From: Spirochaetota bacterium
GTDB lineage: Bacteria; Spirochaetota; UBA6919; CBDBPB01
NCBI GenBank assembly: GCA_965208615.1
Contig: CBDBPB010000007.1
Location: forward strand, 288,001 to 352,000
Length of the DNA: 64,000 bases
Reading direction: 5' to 3'
The translations under genes were made by a program, and so were the position numbers. Numbering within the stretch: the stretch's first letter is position 1; each line of letters opens with the position of its first letter. The notes under the pieces are model-generated. The model searched no databases. It was not told where the DNA came from and worked only from the letters and a program-made list of their open reading frames with translations. This document shows, one piece after another, positions 19,514 through 29,722 of this stretch.

Positions 19514-20716
19514 TTATTTTTCAATATGCCTATATGTTAAGGCTTTTTTTAAGTGATAAAAGTCTCCATCTTTAGGCACAGGACGTACTCTTGCCTTAAG
19601 AGTAGTAGGATTAATTAGTTCTTCAAAAGGTATTCCAATAACATTTAAGTTATCCTCTACGCTTACCATGTGACCTATTTTATTGTTATCCATAAGTTTA
19701 AATGCACCGTAACCTAAAACACTACCCAATAAAACATCATAACTTATAGGAGGTGCGGTTCTAGTTTCATATCCCACTTGTTTCGAGATAACCTTAAGAG
19801 GATTACCAGTTTTTTCTTGATAAAAACGAGTTATACCATTAGCAATAACTTTTCCTATTTCTGCCTTAGCTAAAATAGTGTGTCCAAATGGATCCTTTTC
19901 TTGAGGACGTAAATAATCAGGGAGTCTATCAACTAGACCCTCAGCTATACAAATGACCCCATATTTTAGTCCATCTTTTTCTCTTTTAATAATGCTGTCA
20001 ACAATATCATTGCAAATATTATCTATATTTATATCCCCGTTACCCTCGGGTAAATCTTCAAGGGCTATCATTTTAATAGCTTCTCCAGCAATACCAGCCG
20101 CATAAGTTAGCCATCCAGCTTTACGCCCCATGACCTCAGCCACAAAATAAGAACCTGTTGCCTCTGCATCAGACTTTAAATTAAGAATAATTTTTTGAGC
20201 AACATTAACACTAGTCCAAAATCCGAATGTCCAGGGTATACCATAATAATCGTTGTCAATGGTTTTTGGTATGTGTATTACCGGCATACCTAAGTTATAA
20301 AGTAGATTAGCAGTTCTTAGGGTATCATCACCGCCAATGGATATTAAAAGTCCGACATTCAAGAATTTTAAAGCTTTTATAACGTTATTAAGTTTTTTTG
20401 TTTTATTATTGTCTTTTAGGTCATCAGGATTTTTAATGTCCTTACCTGGATTAACTCTTGCAGTACCGATTATAATACCTTGTTTATTCCTATAGCTGCC
20501 AATAGCTCTAGTTAGCTCTACATAGTGTTTATCTTTGATTAGTGCAGGGTTATCTTTATCAAAGCCTTCTAAGTGCTTGTAGCCGTTATAAAGACCAAAG
20601 ACCTTAAATCCGTTATCCAAAAAGCTAAGGGCAACTGATGATATAACAGCATTAGCGGCAGGAGCAGGACCCCCTGAGAATATAATACCAATATTAGTTT
20701 TTTCTTTTTCAGACAT
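19514..20716 (-). CDS. Phosphofructokinase, probably PPi-dependent (GGDD)
   Basis: SGGPAP, GGDDT, PKTIDND, MGR; RBS before MSEK. Confidence 0.85.
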   Translation of the reverse strand: MSEKEKTNIGIIFSGGPAPAANAVISSVALSFLDNGFKVFGLYNGYKHLEGFDKDNPALIKDKHYVELTRAIGSYRNKQGIIIGTARVNPGKDIKNPDDLKDNNKTKKLNNVIKALKFLNVGLLISIGGDDTLRTANLLYNLGMPVIHIPKTIDNDYYGIPWTFGFWTSVNVAQKIILNLKSDAEATGSYFVAEVMGRKAGWLTYAAGIAGEAIKMIALEDLPEGNGDINIDNICNDIVDSIIKREKDGLKYGVICIAEGLVDRLPDYLRPQEKDPFGHTILAKAEIGKVIANGITRFYQEKTGNPLKVISKQVGYETRTAPPISYDVLLGSVLGYGAFKLMDNNKIGHMVSVEDNLNVIGIPFEELINPTTLKARVRPVPKDGDFYHLKKALTYRHIEK

Positions 20717-20848
20717 TAGTCTCTCCCTATTAGTTTGTTTAGTTTGCTTAAAAGGCATATTTAGGTTTGCCTTTTTAAGGCTATAAATTGTTAATATTTG
20801 TATTTATAAAGTTTTTTAATATTAGTCAATGTTAAGTATAGTTTATAT

Positions 20849-22006
20849 TTAAGAATATAGCAAATACTTTTTTCTTATTTCTAAAAAGTTATTTAATTTT
20901 GTTTGCCATTTAGCCTCAATGGATTTAATACTTAAGTTTGAGCTTAAGGCCTTTCTAATATCCTTATCGCCTATTAGCAGGTCAATGGGCAGTTTTTCAT
21001 ATTCATATTCGTATGGAGGGTTTTTCCATAAATCTTTTTTGGGATAGAGGTTTTTAACAGCTTTAATTATTGATAATCCAGTTAGGTATGGTTTAAAGGT
21101 ATCTCTATTTGTAATGTGGAGCTGTATACCACCACATACCTCATTAGAGAACTTATGGAAGCATGGTTCAAAATAAACGGGTCTAAAATATACTCCCAAA
21201 AGACCGTATGAGTCCAAAAGAGCTTTTAGTTTATATGGATTTATATATGGTGCACCAATAAGCTCAAAGGGCATAGTGGTACCTCTGCCTTCGGATATTT
21301 TTGTACCTTCTATTAAGACTGTACCTGGGTATACTAATGCACTATCTAGTTTTGGTATATTTGGTGATGGATATATCCAAGGTAAGTCGGTATTATCAAA
21401 CCACATAGCTCTATCATAGTTAGTCATTTTAATCACTTTTAATTTACAGTTAATGTTGGACTCGTGATTAAACATTAATGCAAGTTCAGCAATGGTCATT
21501 CCGTGTCTCATAGGTATGGTGTGTATGCCAACGAAAGACATAAGGTTAGGGTTTAGAACGTTGCCTTCTACGGATATAGCATTAATGGGGTTAGGCCTGT
21601 CTAAAACAATAACTTCTTTGTTATACTTTTTACAAGCCTTCATAGACAGTGCCATAGTGGATATAAATGTATATACCCTTGTTCCAATATCCTGGAGGTC
21701 TATAACAAGGACGTCAATATTATCAAGCATATACTGCATAGGTGTTCTGGTTTCACTATACAGGCTATAAACTGCTAGTTTAGTAATGGGATCTATATGG
21801 TGGGGAGATTCTATCATATTATCCTGTTTTTCACCTTTAAGGCCGTGTTGTGGGGATAGTATAGTAGTTAGTTTTGTATTATGTTTTAGTAGTATATCAA
21901 CGGTATGGATATAATCTTTATTTATGGAGGCGGGATGGCATAATAGTCCAATTCTTTTGTTATTTTTAGTATTAGTTATTAGTTTAGTTAGTCCGATTTC
22001 TATCAT
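20849..22006 (-). CDS. Exo-beta-N-acetylmuramidase, NamZ family (DUF1343)
   Basis: PQHG, DLQDIGTRVYT, LDRPNP, RHGMT, SEGRGT. Confidence 0.9.
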   Translation of the reverse strand: MIEIGLTKLITNTKNNKRIGLLCHPASINKDYIHTVDILLKHNTKLTTILSPQHGLKGEKQDNMIESPHHIDPITKLAVYSLYSETRTPMQYMLDNIDVLVIDLQDIGTRVYTFISTMALSMKACKKYNKEVIVLDRPNPINAISVEGNVLNPNLMSFVGIHTIPMRHGMTIAELALMFNHESNINCKLKVIKMTNYDRAMWFDNTDLPWIYPSPNIPKLDSALVYPGTVLIEGTKISEGRGTTMPFELIGAPYINPYKLKALLDSYGLLGVYFRPVYFEPCFHKFSNEVCGGIQLHITNRDTFKPYLTGLSIIKAVKNLYPKKDLWKNPPYEYEYEKLPIDLLIGDKDIRKALSSNLSIKSIEAKWQTKLNNFLEIRKKYLLYS

Positions 22007-22098
22007 AATGTTATCAAGCGTTCTAATAAATATAATAAAAAGCTTTTTGAGTATTAGGATTTATATTAGATAGTTAAAAAGTGAATAGTATTTTGTTA

Positions 22099-22371
22099 TC
22101 AATTAATATCTTTTTTTTTATACTGACTATTAAGTAATTCCTCGATTTCGGGATCAAGTTTATTGGATGAGGTTTTATTATTAGTGGAGTTATTTATAGG
22201 CTTATCTTTATGAAGGTTATTGTTAAGGAGTTTCTCTATCTCAGGATCAAGTTTATTAGACGGCTTTAGGCTGTTAAATAAATCAAGATTTGGACGAGGG
22301 TCGAAGCCTTCAAATCCTACGTTGATTAATAAATCATAAAGCTTTTTTTTGTCTAGTTCAGAAAGAGACAT
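22099..22371 (-). CDS. Hypothetical protein with duplicated SNKLDPEIExLLN motif
   Basis: ORF track; internal repeat. Confidence 0.6.
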   Translation of the reverse strand: MSLSELDKKKLYDLLINVGFEGFDPRPNLDLFNSLKPSNKLDPEIEKLLNNNLHKDKPINNSTNNKTSSNKLDPEIEELLNSQYKKKDIN

Positions 22372-22549
22372 AAATAAAATCCTTAACTCATTTTATTGGC
22401 TTATGGATTTAGCATTTTGCTCTATTTATTATATTAATAATAATTAATAAAAAATCAACTAGATAAAATATTAGTTTAGTAATATATAGTTTACCAGCTA
22501 ATATACTTTTATATTAACTGGTATTATTAAGTAACAGTTAAGCCTGATT

Positions 22550-23449
22550 TCAGGCCGCCATAAAAGTCTTTAGATGATGGTTGACAGATGGTTGTTTTAG
22601 CTTTTTAATAGCTCTTTTTTCAATTTGTCTTATCCTTTCTTTTGTTACGTTAAACTTTCTACCTATTTCGCTAAGGGATAAAAGTTCTGCACCATTTAGT
22701 CCAAAGCGATGTCTAATAATTATTCTTTCTTTATCGGATAAGATTTTTAGAGTATTATTAATAGTTTCTTTTAAATGTTTGTCTAAAACTTCATCTTCTG
22801 GCAACTTATTTTTAGTATCGAGTAGAACATCTTCTAGGAATATAGTTTTTCTATCACTAGTATCATTGTTTACGGGGGCATCAATGGATACGTATTTTTT
22901 AGTAGCGGTAATTATTGTATCCACCTCATCTTTTTTCATATCCAATTTAGAAGCAATATCAGTATTGCTTAAACCTTCCTGATTATTATAGTCATTGTCA
23001 TTAATAAGATTTTTAATCTTAAAATGCTGTAGTGCTCTATTCATAGGCAGTCTAATTAAGCCAACCTGTTCAGCAAATGCTTTAGCAATATATTGTCTAA
23101 TCCACCATACAGCATAGGATATAAACCTATAACCTTTAGTATAGTCAAATTTATCACAGGCTAAAATTAGTCCCATATTACCTTCGTTTATCAGGTCTAA
23201 AAACGGTATACCTTTGTTTAAGTAATTTTTAGCGATGCTAACAACGAATCGAAGGTTTGAAGCAATTAGTTTTTCTCTAGCTTCTTGATCGTTATTACTA
23301 GCCATTCTTTTAGCCAGTTTATCTTCTTCTTCTTTAGTAAGAACCTTATATTGATCTATTTCTTGAATATATGTTTTTAGCGAATTAGATTCGAGAAAGT
23401 TCTCCCACTTTTTTGGTTTTTTGTTATTAACTTCTTTTTTCATCATCAC
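22550..23449 (-). CDS. Sigma-70 family factor lacking region 1.1 (RpoS-like)
   Basis: NLRFVVSIAK, DLINEGNMGL, SYAVWWIRQ, ERIRQIE. Confidence 0.9.
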   Translation of the reverse strand: MMMKKEVNNKKPKKWENFLESNSLKTYIQEIDQYKVLTKEEEDKLAKRMASNNDQEAREKLIASNLRFVVSIAKNYLNKGIPFLDLINEGNMGLILACDKFDYTKGYRFISYAVWWIRQYIAKAFAEQVGLIRLPMNRALQHFKIKNLINDNDYNNQEGLSNTDIASKLDMKKDEVDTIITATKKYVSIDAPVNNDTSDRKTIFLEDVLLDTKNKLPEDEVLDKHLKETINNTLKILSDKERIIIRHRFGLNGAELLSLSEIGRKFNVTKERIRQIEKRAIKKLKQPSVNHHLKTFMAA

Positions 23450-23532
23450 ACCTTTTATCTACTCTATATTAATTTTTTTTAAAATTGCAATTCCTCATGA
23501 TAATAAACACATAATCAATAAAAATGTTCTAT

Positions 23533-23549
23533 AGCAATATATATGCCAA
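23533..23549 (-). promoter_or_regulatory. Sigma-54 (-24/-12) promoter upstream of the RpoS-like gene
   Basis: Minus strand TTGGCA-TATATA-TTGCT; exact GG-N10-GC spacing, about 85 bp upstream of the start. Confidence 0.7.
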
Positions 23550-23724
23550 AGTTTAAATTTATTATTTTTATACGGCATTTACTTTTATTGTAATGAGTTA
23601 GTAGTTTTTTAATAAAAACTAAATGAGTTAAACTAAATTAAGAAGTGGGCAAAAATGAGCCTTTTTATTAAAAAAATAAATATTTTTAAATAGATAGGGT
23701 CATTATGAAACATTTATTAAAAGT

Positions 23725-24831
23725 TTAGATCATTTTTTTATGTTTTAGGTAGTGATCGCATATTACCAAAGCCATCATACTCTCTATCACAGGTATAATT
23801 CTTGGTACAATACAAGGGTCATGTCTTCCTTTTGTAGAAAGCATAATTTTTTCTCCTTTAAGGTTTACGCTATGCTGTTCTATGCCAATAGATGGAGTAG
23901 GCTTTATAGCGGCTCTTATTATAATGGGCATACCATTAGATATTCCCCCTAACACACCTCCACAGCGATTAGTATTAGTAACTATCCTACCACCTACATT
24001 AAAAAAGCAATCATTAGATTCCTCGCCTCTAAGTTTGGATAGGTTAAAGCCGTCCCCTATTTCAATACCTTTTACTGATCCAATACTCATTATTGCTTTG
24101 GCAATATCTGCATCGAGTTTATCAAACACGGGTTCTCCGATTCCTGGAGGGACATTTAAGGCTAAAGCCTCTACAATACCCCCAATAGAGGTATTATCTT
24201 TTTTTACATTAAGAATAAGGTTTTCCATTTTTTTAGCTGTATTTATATCATTGGTTCTAACAGGATTGCTATCAATAAAGTTAATTTGATTATAATCGAT
24301 ATTAATATTAGCTTTTGAGTCAATATTTATAGGATTTTTATTTGATTTAACATTCCCAATTGACTTTGTATATGCAATAATTTTAATGCCTATATTGTCC
24401 AAAACCTTTTTAGCAACGGCACCCCCTGCTACTCTTGCGATAGTCTCTCTTCCAGAAGATCGACCGCCACCTCTGTAATCCCTAATACCATATTTTATAA
24501 AATAAGTAAAGTCGGCATGGCCTGGCCTGAATACGTTTTTAATATGATCGTAGTTTTTAGGACGTTGATCTTTATTAAATACCATCATAGAAATGGGAGT
24601 TCCTGTAGTTTTGCCGTTAAAAACCCCTGATAGTATTTCTACTTTATCGTCTTCTTTTCTTGGAGTGCTAATATTACTTTGCCCTGGTTTTCTTTTATCT
24701 AATTCAGTTTGTATATCTTTTTCTGATAAAGATATTTTAGGAGGACATCCATCAACAATTACTCCAACGCCTTTACCATGAGACTCACCCCATGTAGTTA
24801 TTTTAAATATATCCCCAAAAGAACTACTCAT
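23725..24831 (-). CDS. aroC: Chorismate synthase
   Basis: GESHG, RPGHAD, GGRSSGRET, GRHDPC. Confidence 0.97.
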   Translation of the reverse strand: MSSSFGDIFKITTWGESHGKGVGVIVDGCPPKISLSEKDIQTELDKRKPGQSNISTPRKEDDKVEILSGVFNGKTTGTPISMMVFNKDQRPKNYDHIKNVFRPGHADFTYFIKYGIRDYRGGGRSSGRETIARVAGGAVAKKVLDNIGIKIIAYTKSIGNVKSNKNPINIDSKANINIDYNQINFIDSNPVRTNDINTAKKMENLILNVKKDNTSIGGIVEALALNVPPGIGEPVFDKLDADIAKAIMSIGSVKGIEIGDGFNLSKLRGEESNDCFFNVGGRIVTNTNRCGGVLGGISNGMPIIIRAAIKPTPSIGIEQHSVNLKGEKIMLSTKGRHDPCIVPRIIPVIESMMALVICDHYLKHKKMI

Positions 24832-25214
24832 TTTTACCGCAAATAAAGTTTATTTAATTTAAAATAAGTTATGCTAAATATTGTTATTTTATTAGCATAA
24901 TTAAGCTAGTTTATACTATAAAAATATAAAATATATTATAACTTGGCAATAGTATTATAATGTGCCATAATATACCAGAATAAATATGACAGGCAAATAA
25001 GTATAAAGTTATTTTATTATTTACTATAATAAAGCTATTTGGCTAATTTTTATGGATAGGTGATTGACAAATCTAGAAATATTAGTTAGTATATGCTAAT
25101 AATGTTCGGTTAGATATGTAGTAATATTTAAGCCTTTTGTTTAACAATAAGGTATAGAGTTATTTAAAAGTTTATATTTAAGGTAATACTTTGAAGTTAT
25201 TTAATAAAACAAAT

Positions 25215-25240
25215 GGAACAATTCCTCTTTTCATGTGTTA
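25215..25240 (+). promoter_or_regulatory. Possible ECF-sigma autoregulatory promoter
   Basis: GGAAC-N17-GTTA just upstream of the ECF sigma gene. Confidence 0.45.
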
Positions 25241-25843
25241 TTCAACTTGTATAAGAGGGCTGACTTGAACCAGAACTTGAAAGAAGAAAGTGATGAATTT
25301 CTAATGCTTTCGTTTAGAGAAGGCAATGAAGAGGCCTTTACTGAAATAATAAACAGGTATAATATAAGGCTTTTTAACTATGTATATAAGTATATACACG
25401 ATAAAGAAAGAAGCGAAGAGATAACCCAAGAAGTATTTATTAGGGTTTATAGGAGCAGAGAAAGGTATAAAATAAAAGCTAAGTTTTCTACTTATATATA
25501 TAGAATTGCACTAAACCTTTCATATAATGAGGTTAGGAACAGAAATAGAAGAAAAACGGACTTGAAGAATGAATTTGATGATAAGTCTTTTAAGGATAAA
25601 ATAAAAGAAACTAATACTCCTGAAAAGATATTTGAAAAAAAAGAAGTAAAGGAGATTGTTAATCAAGAGATTAATAACTTGTCTACTAAGTATAAAGATG
25701 TTATACTATTATGTGATATAGAGGAATTGTCATATAAAGATGTAGCTAAGGTGCTTAATATTTCTATTGGAACAGTTCAATCAAGGCTGAGTAGAGGGAG
25801 AATAAAGTTAAAACAGCGTTTGGAGGGATTATTAAATTTTTAA
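25235..25843 (+). CDS. ECF sigma factor (true start may be TTG 25265)
   Basis: QEVFIRVY, FSTYIYRIALN, GTVQSRLSRGR. Confidence 0.92.
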   Translation: MLFNLYKRADLNQNLKEESDEFLMLSFREGNEEAFTEIINRYNIRLFNYVYKYIHDKERSEEITQEVFIRVYRSRERYKIKAKFSTYIYRIALNLSYNEVRNRNRRKTDLKNEFDDKSFKDKIKETNTPEKIFEKKEVKEIVNQEINNLSTKYKDVILLCDIEELSYKDVAKVLNISIGTVQSRLSRGRIKLKQRLEGLLNF

Positions 25844-25904
25844 AAAAAAATGTGAACTATGTTATATAAAGAAAAACATAATTTACTAAATCAAGGTGAT
25901 AGTT

Positions 25905-26621
25905 ATGAAAAAAAATAAGTACTACAAATTATTATCAGGTCTATTAGATAATGAATTATCCACAAAAGAAAGACTTAAAGCTATTAAACTATTAGAAAAA
26001 AACTCATGGTTTAAAGAGCAATATCAAAAGCTTAAGGAGTTAAAAGAAATAACTAACTCAACTAAATCTAATAGTTTACTTTCTCCAAACTTTACTAACG
26101 ATCTAAAGAATAAGATTTATGATTACCAGAATAAAGAAAACTGGTTTAGTAGACTAGTTGATAGAGGCTTTTTTACAAAGTTGTCCTATGCAATGGTAAG
26201 TGCTTCTGCTATGTTTATTATTTTTCTTGGAGTTAAATTATATTTTTATGAATATAATGAAAAGGATATTGCTAGTAAAAATACAGATAGTATTAAAGAG
26301 TCTCCAGTCGTATTAGGTAACAACTTTTCTAAGGCTAAAAGTACAATAGGAGGCTATAGTACGGTTTCACCATTAAATCAAGGTGCCTCTTCTCACGCTA
26401 ATAGTATAACCGTACTTGTTAAAGGGTCTAACATAACTTTGTATAGGGGTAATGAGTTCATTAAGGTTAATATTGATACAGGGCAGTTAGTAAGCAAAGT
26501 TGATGAAAAGAAAAAAGAAATGTTTAAAGTCTTTTTTAATAATAATAACAGTTTAAAAAATATATGGTTATTTCCCATGAAAAGATTTAAAAAGTCAATA
26601 GAGCAGTCTAATAAAAAATAG
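25905..26621 (+). CDS. Putative transmembrane anti-sigma factor
   Basis: LLSGLLDNEL N-terminus, one TM helix, follows the ECF sigma. Confidence 0.75.
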   Translation: MKKNKYYKLLSGLLDNELSTKERLKAIKLLEKNSWFKEQYQKLKELKEITNSTKSNSLLSPNFTNDLKNKIYDYQNKENWFSRLVDRGFFTKLSYAMVSASAMFIIFLGVKLYFYEYNEKDIASKNTDSIKESPVVLGNNFSKAKSTIGGYSTVSPLNQGASSHANSITVLVKGSNITLYRGNEFIKVNIDTGQLVSKVDEKKKEMFKVFFNNNNSLKNIWLFPMKRFKKSIEQSNKK

Positions 26622-26629
26622 ATATAATT

Positions 26630-27187
26630 TTATGTTGTATCAAGCTTTATAAAGTCTATTCCTATACATTTTACATTGTTTAGTGCATCTTTAATATCTT
26701 CTGATAGAATTACTGCAACACCAAGACTCTTATCAAAAGTAAATACCTTGCTATTTGCAATATTAGCTTGTTTAAGATGGGGTTTAATAACAATATTTTT
26801 TGCTTTACCAGCAAACCTTGTTTTAGCCTCATCTAGTATGTTAAGTTGCTTAACAAGGTGGAGGGCATAATAATCCTTATTATCGCCGTAGCTGTTAAAT
26901 AGCTTTACACTAAGCCATTGAATATCATCATCTTTATGTTTTAGGCTGTCTATAATGGATTTCATCTTATTAGAACAAAGATGCCAATATTCTATATTTG
27001 CTTGATAATCAACAAAACTACCTTTGTCAATAATAAAATCTACCGTATTCCAGTTGTCAAACCTGCCACCACTAATAATTTTCTTATAATCAGGATTATC
27101 AGGAGTATTAATCTCATTTTTTGTAGTTGCAAGATCAATAAACTCCTCTTCTTTAAAAACTAGTTGATAATAATTCACATTATTCAC
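26630..27187 (-). CDS. Imm11-like (DUF1629) protein
   Basis: DY..N...LCSNKMK..I, IQWLSV, YYALH, LDEAKT, ILSEDIK pattern. Confidence 0.55.
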   Translation of the reverse strand: MNNVNYYQLVFKEEEFIDLATTKNEINTPDNPDYKKIISGGRFDNWNTVDFIIDKGSFVDYQANIEYWHLCSNKMKSIIDSLKHKDDDIQWLSVKLFNSYGDNKDYYALHLVKQLNILDEAKTRFAGKAKNIVIKPHLKQANIANSKVFTFDKSLGVAVILSEDIKDALNNVKCIGIDFIKLDTT

Positions 27188-27193
27188 CGTAAG

Positions 27194-27991
27194 TTAGTAG
27201 CTCTCTGAAGAAGATGGAAACTTACCTAAGGTAATATCCTCTGCATAGCAGTTTATTGCATCGGTTATTGTTTTTTGTAAGTTAGCATATTTTCTTAAGA
27301 ACTTTGGATTAAAGTCTGTCATACCAAGAACATCGTAACATACAATTATTTGTCCATCACAATTTACTCCCGCACCAATGCCTATAGTTGGTATTTTTAT
27401 AGAGTTGGTTATGTTTTTAGCAACGTCGGATTTAATTAACTCCAATACTATAGCAAATGCACCAGCTTGTTCAAGGATTTTAGCTTCTTTAATTAATTTT
27501 TCATGTTGTTCATTTTTTCGTCCTTGGACTATGTGTCCACCAAGCTGATGTTCTGACTGGGGGGTAAAGCCAATATGCCCTAAAACTGGTATGCCAATTT
27601 GAGTAAGCCTATAAACCGTATCAGCTATAAGTTCACCACCTTCTAACTTAACACCTTCTACTTGGCTTTCCTTCATCATTCGTCCTACATTATCAATAGC
27701 CTTATCGGTGCTAATCTGGTAGGACAAAAAAGGCATATCACCGATTAAAAGAGAACGATTAACACCACGTCTTACAGACCTACAGTGATAAATCATCTCA
27801 TCAAGGGTTATTGGTAAAGTAGTTCTATAACCAGCAACCACATTGGATAAAGAATCACCAACTAAAATAATATCTACATTACACTGATCAATAATACGAG
27901 CAAAGGTGTAGTCATAGGCAGTTATTGATATAATTTTTTCATTATTTAGCTTTTTATTAGTGATGGTTTTTATAGATGTTTTTTTAAACAT
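27194..27991 (-). CDS. panB: 3-methyl-2-oxobutanoate hydroxymethyltransferase
   Basis: TAYD, LVGDS, DMPF, VKLEGG, GIGAG..CDGQ. Confidence 0.97.
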   Translation of the reverse strand: MFKKTSIKTITNKKLNNEKIISITAYDYTFARIIDQCNVDIILVGDSLSNVVAGYRTTLPITLDEMIYHCRSVRRGVNRSLLIGDMPFLSYQISTDKAIDNVGRMMKESQVEGVKLEGGELIADTVYRLTQIGIPVLGHIGFTPQSEHQLGGHIVQGRKNEQHEKLIKEAKILEQAGAFAIVLELIKSDVAKNITNSIKIPTIGIGAGVNCDGQIIVCYDVLGMTDFNPKFLRKYANLQKTITDAINCYAEDITLGKFPSSSESY

Positions 27992-28003
27992 ATTAACCTA
28001 AAG

Positions 28004-28252
28004 CTATTGATGTTTTTTTATATACTGCCTAACCTTCTTAGCTCCAACGAGTTGACCTAAAATAGATACTATTATAAGTATGGGTACAACATAATAATCG
28101 AATCCTAAAGCTCGTCTTAAAAGGAATATAATGGGGATTGAGGCATGTAATATAGCAAACCACTGCCATGACATCTTTTTATAATTTTCTCTAAAATATC
28201 CACAAGGTATATTAACTATAAAAGTAATAACAAGTAATAGCGTTAATAACAT
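28004..28252 (-). CDS. Small membrane protein
   Basis: NIPCGYFR..WF..LHASIP; three hydrophobic segments. Confidence 0.7.
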   Translation of the reverse strand: MLLTLLLVITFIVNIPCGYFRENYKKMSWQWFAILHASIPIIFLLRRALGFDYYVVPILIIVSILGQLVGAKKVRQYIKKHQ

Positions 28253-28323
28253 AATATATTGCCTTAGGGTTAATGTAAGTTTTTTTGTAAATATACTTTT
28301 TAATTAACTTATTAAATAATAGT

Positions 28324-29718
28324 CTATTTTATAAACAAGTCCATCTTTTTTACTAGTTCATAGGAGTTTTTTATACAATCGTTTATTCCAACTCCGTTAA
28401 TATAGCTACTATTAATAAAAATAGACGGATGTTCATTAATAATATTAAATATATTTTTAACCAGCTTAATATGCCCGACATTATATTGGGGAATGCCTTT
28501 GTCATACCTAATAATATGTATTATATCTGGTTTATCTTTTATATTCATGGTTAGTTTAATTGTATTTTGAGCGTTATTGATTAGTTGTTCATCTGTCCAG
28601 TTTTTAGTTTCTGGATGACATGCTCCACCATAGATTGCGGTTAAGTTAACGCCATTTTTTGGAGCCAACGTTGGGAAGACCATATCATTCCATATACAGC
28701 CTAGCATACTAAGTTTTTCTTTTTGAGGGCTTAAAAAGCCAAAGCCCTTATAGGGATTAACTTTTTTATTATAGCCCAAGCATAAAACCTGTATAGGAGC
28801 ATATTCAACTTTATTAAGTAGGCTATATAGCTCACTGGATAACGGATTTATCAAATTAGCAGTATGGTAAGCTGGAGTTGCAAAGATAATATAATCGGCA
28901 TTAATTTTTTGTTTAGCTCCGTCATATTCGCAATGTATAATATTATCCCTAAAGGATATTTCATTAATTTTTACATTTGTTTTGATAATGGTATTTAGGT
29001 TTTCACCTAAGGCCTTGATTAGAACTTCCATTCCACTATCAAAAGCGACCAATTTTCTTTTATTGATAGCCATAACATCGTCTGGGAACTGATTTTTAAC
29101 ACTATTCTTTTTAGCTTTTAAGAATCCGAGTATAATAGAGCCGTATTTATGTTCTAATTCTGTTAGTTTGGGGAAAATAGCTTTTGCACTAAGGGTTTTA
29201 GTATTACCAGCGTATATACCCGTTACAAGGAGTTCAAATAAGTTGTTTAGCATATCCTCTGAGAACCGTCTAGTAAAGAACTGGGCTACTGATTCATCAT
29301 CAGATATAGGCATATTTCTTTTAAAGATTTCTGCAATAACGGTTTTAACTTCTTTAAGCCCTATAACATCGGATCTTATTAAGTCAATAATGCCGTTGGG
29401 CAGGGGATTTAGTTTATTATTAGTCCATATATACCTAATTCTTGCATTATCGTTACTAACTTGTATTTTATTCCAAATGCCAATATCTTTGCATAGTGAT
29501 AATGTTCTCCTTCCTTCGGCTAAAAAGCCTCTTGGGCCTGTATCAAATATAAACCCGCTATCACGGATGGATTGGATATTACCACCTATTTTTGACTCTT
29601 GTTCTAAGAGGATAATTTCATGGTTAGAGTTTAGTTTAGTTATTTTTTCTTTTAGAAAATAAGCGGTAGTAAGGCCTGATATACCGCCTCCAAATATGAC
29701 AAAGCGTTTTTTAGACAA
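28324..29718 (-). CDS. hemY: HemY-type FAD protoporphyrinogen oxidase
   Basis: GGGISGL, DTGP, GIYAG, GFGFL, IPQY; hem operon. Confidence 0.9.
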   Translation of the reverse strand: MSKKRFVIFGGGISGLTTAYFLKEKITKLNSNHEIILLEQESKIGGNIQSIRDSGFIFDTGPRGFLAEGRRTLSLCKDIGIWNKIQVSNDNARIRYIWTNNKLNPLPNGIIDLIRSDVIGLKEVKTVIAEIFKRNMPISDDESVAQFFTRRFSEDMLNNLFELLVTGIYAGNTKTLSAKAIFPKLTELEHKYGSIILGFLKAKKNSVKNQFPDDVMAINKRKLVAFDSGMEVLIKALGENLNTIIKTNVKINEISFRDNIIHCEYDGAKQKINADYIIFATPAYHTANLINPLSSELYSLLNKVEYAPIQVLCLGYNKKVNPYKGFGFLSPQKEKLSMLGCIWNDMVFPTLAPKNGVNLTAIYGGACHPETKNWTDEQLINNAQNTIKLTMNIKDKPDIIHIIRYDKGIPQYNVGHIKLVKNIFNIINEHPSIFINSSYINGVGINDCIKNSYELVKKMDLFIK

Positions 29719-29722
29719 TGTT

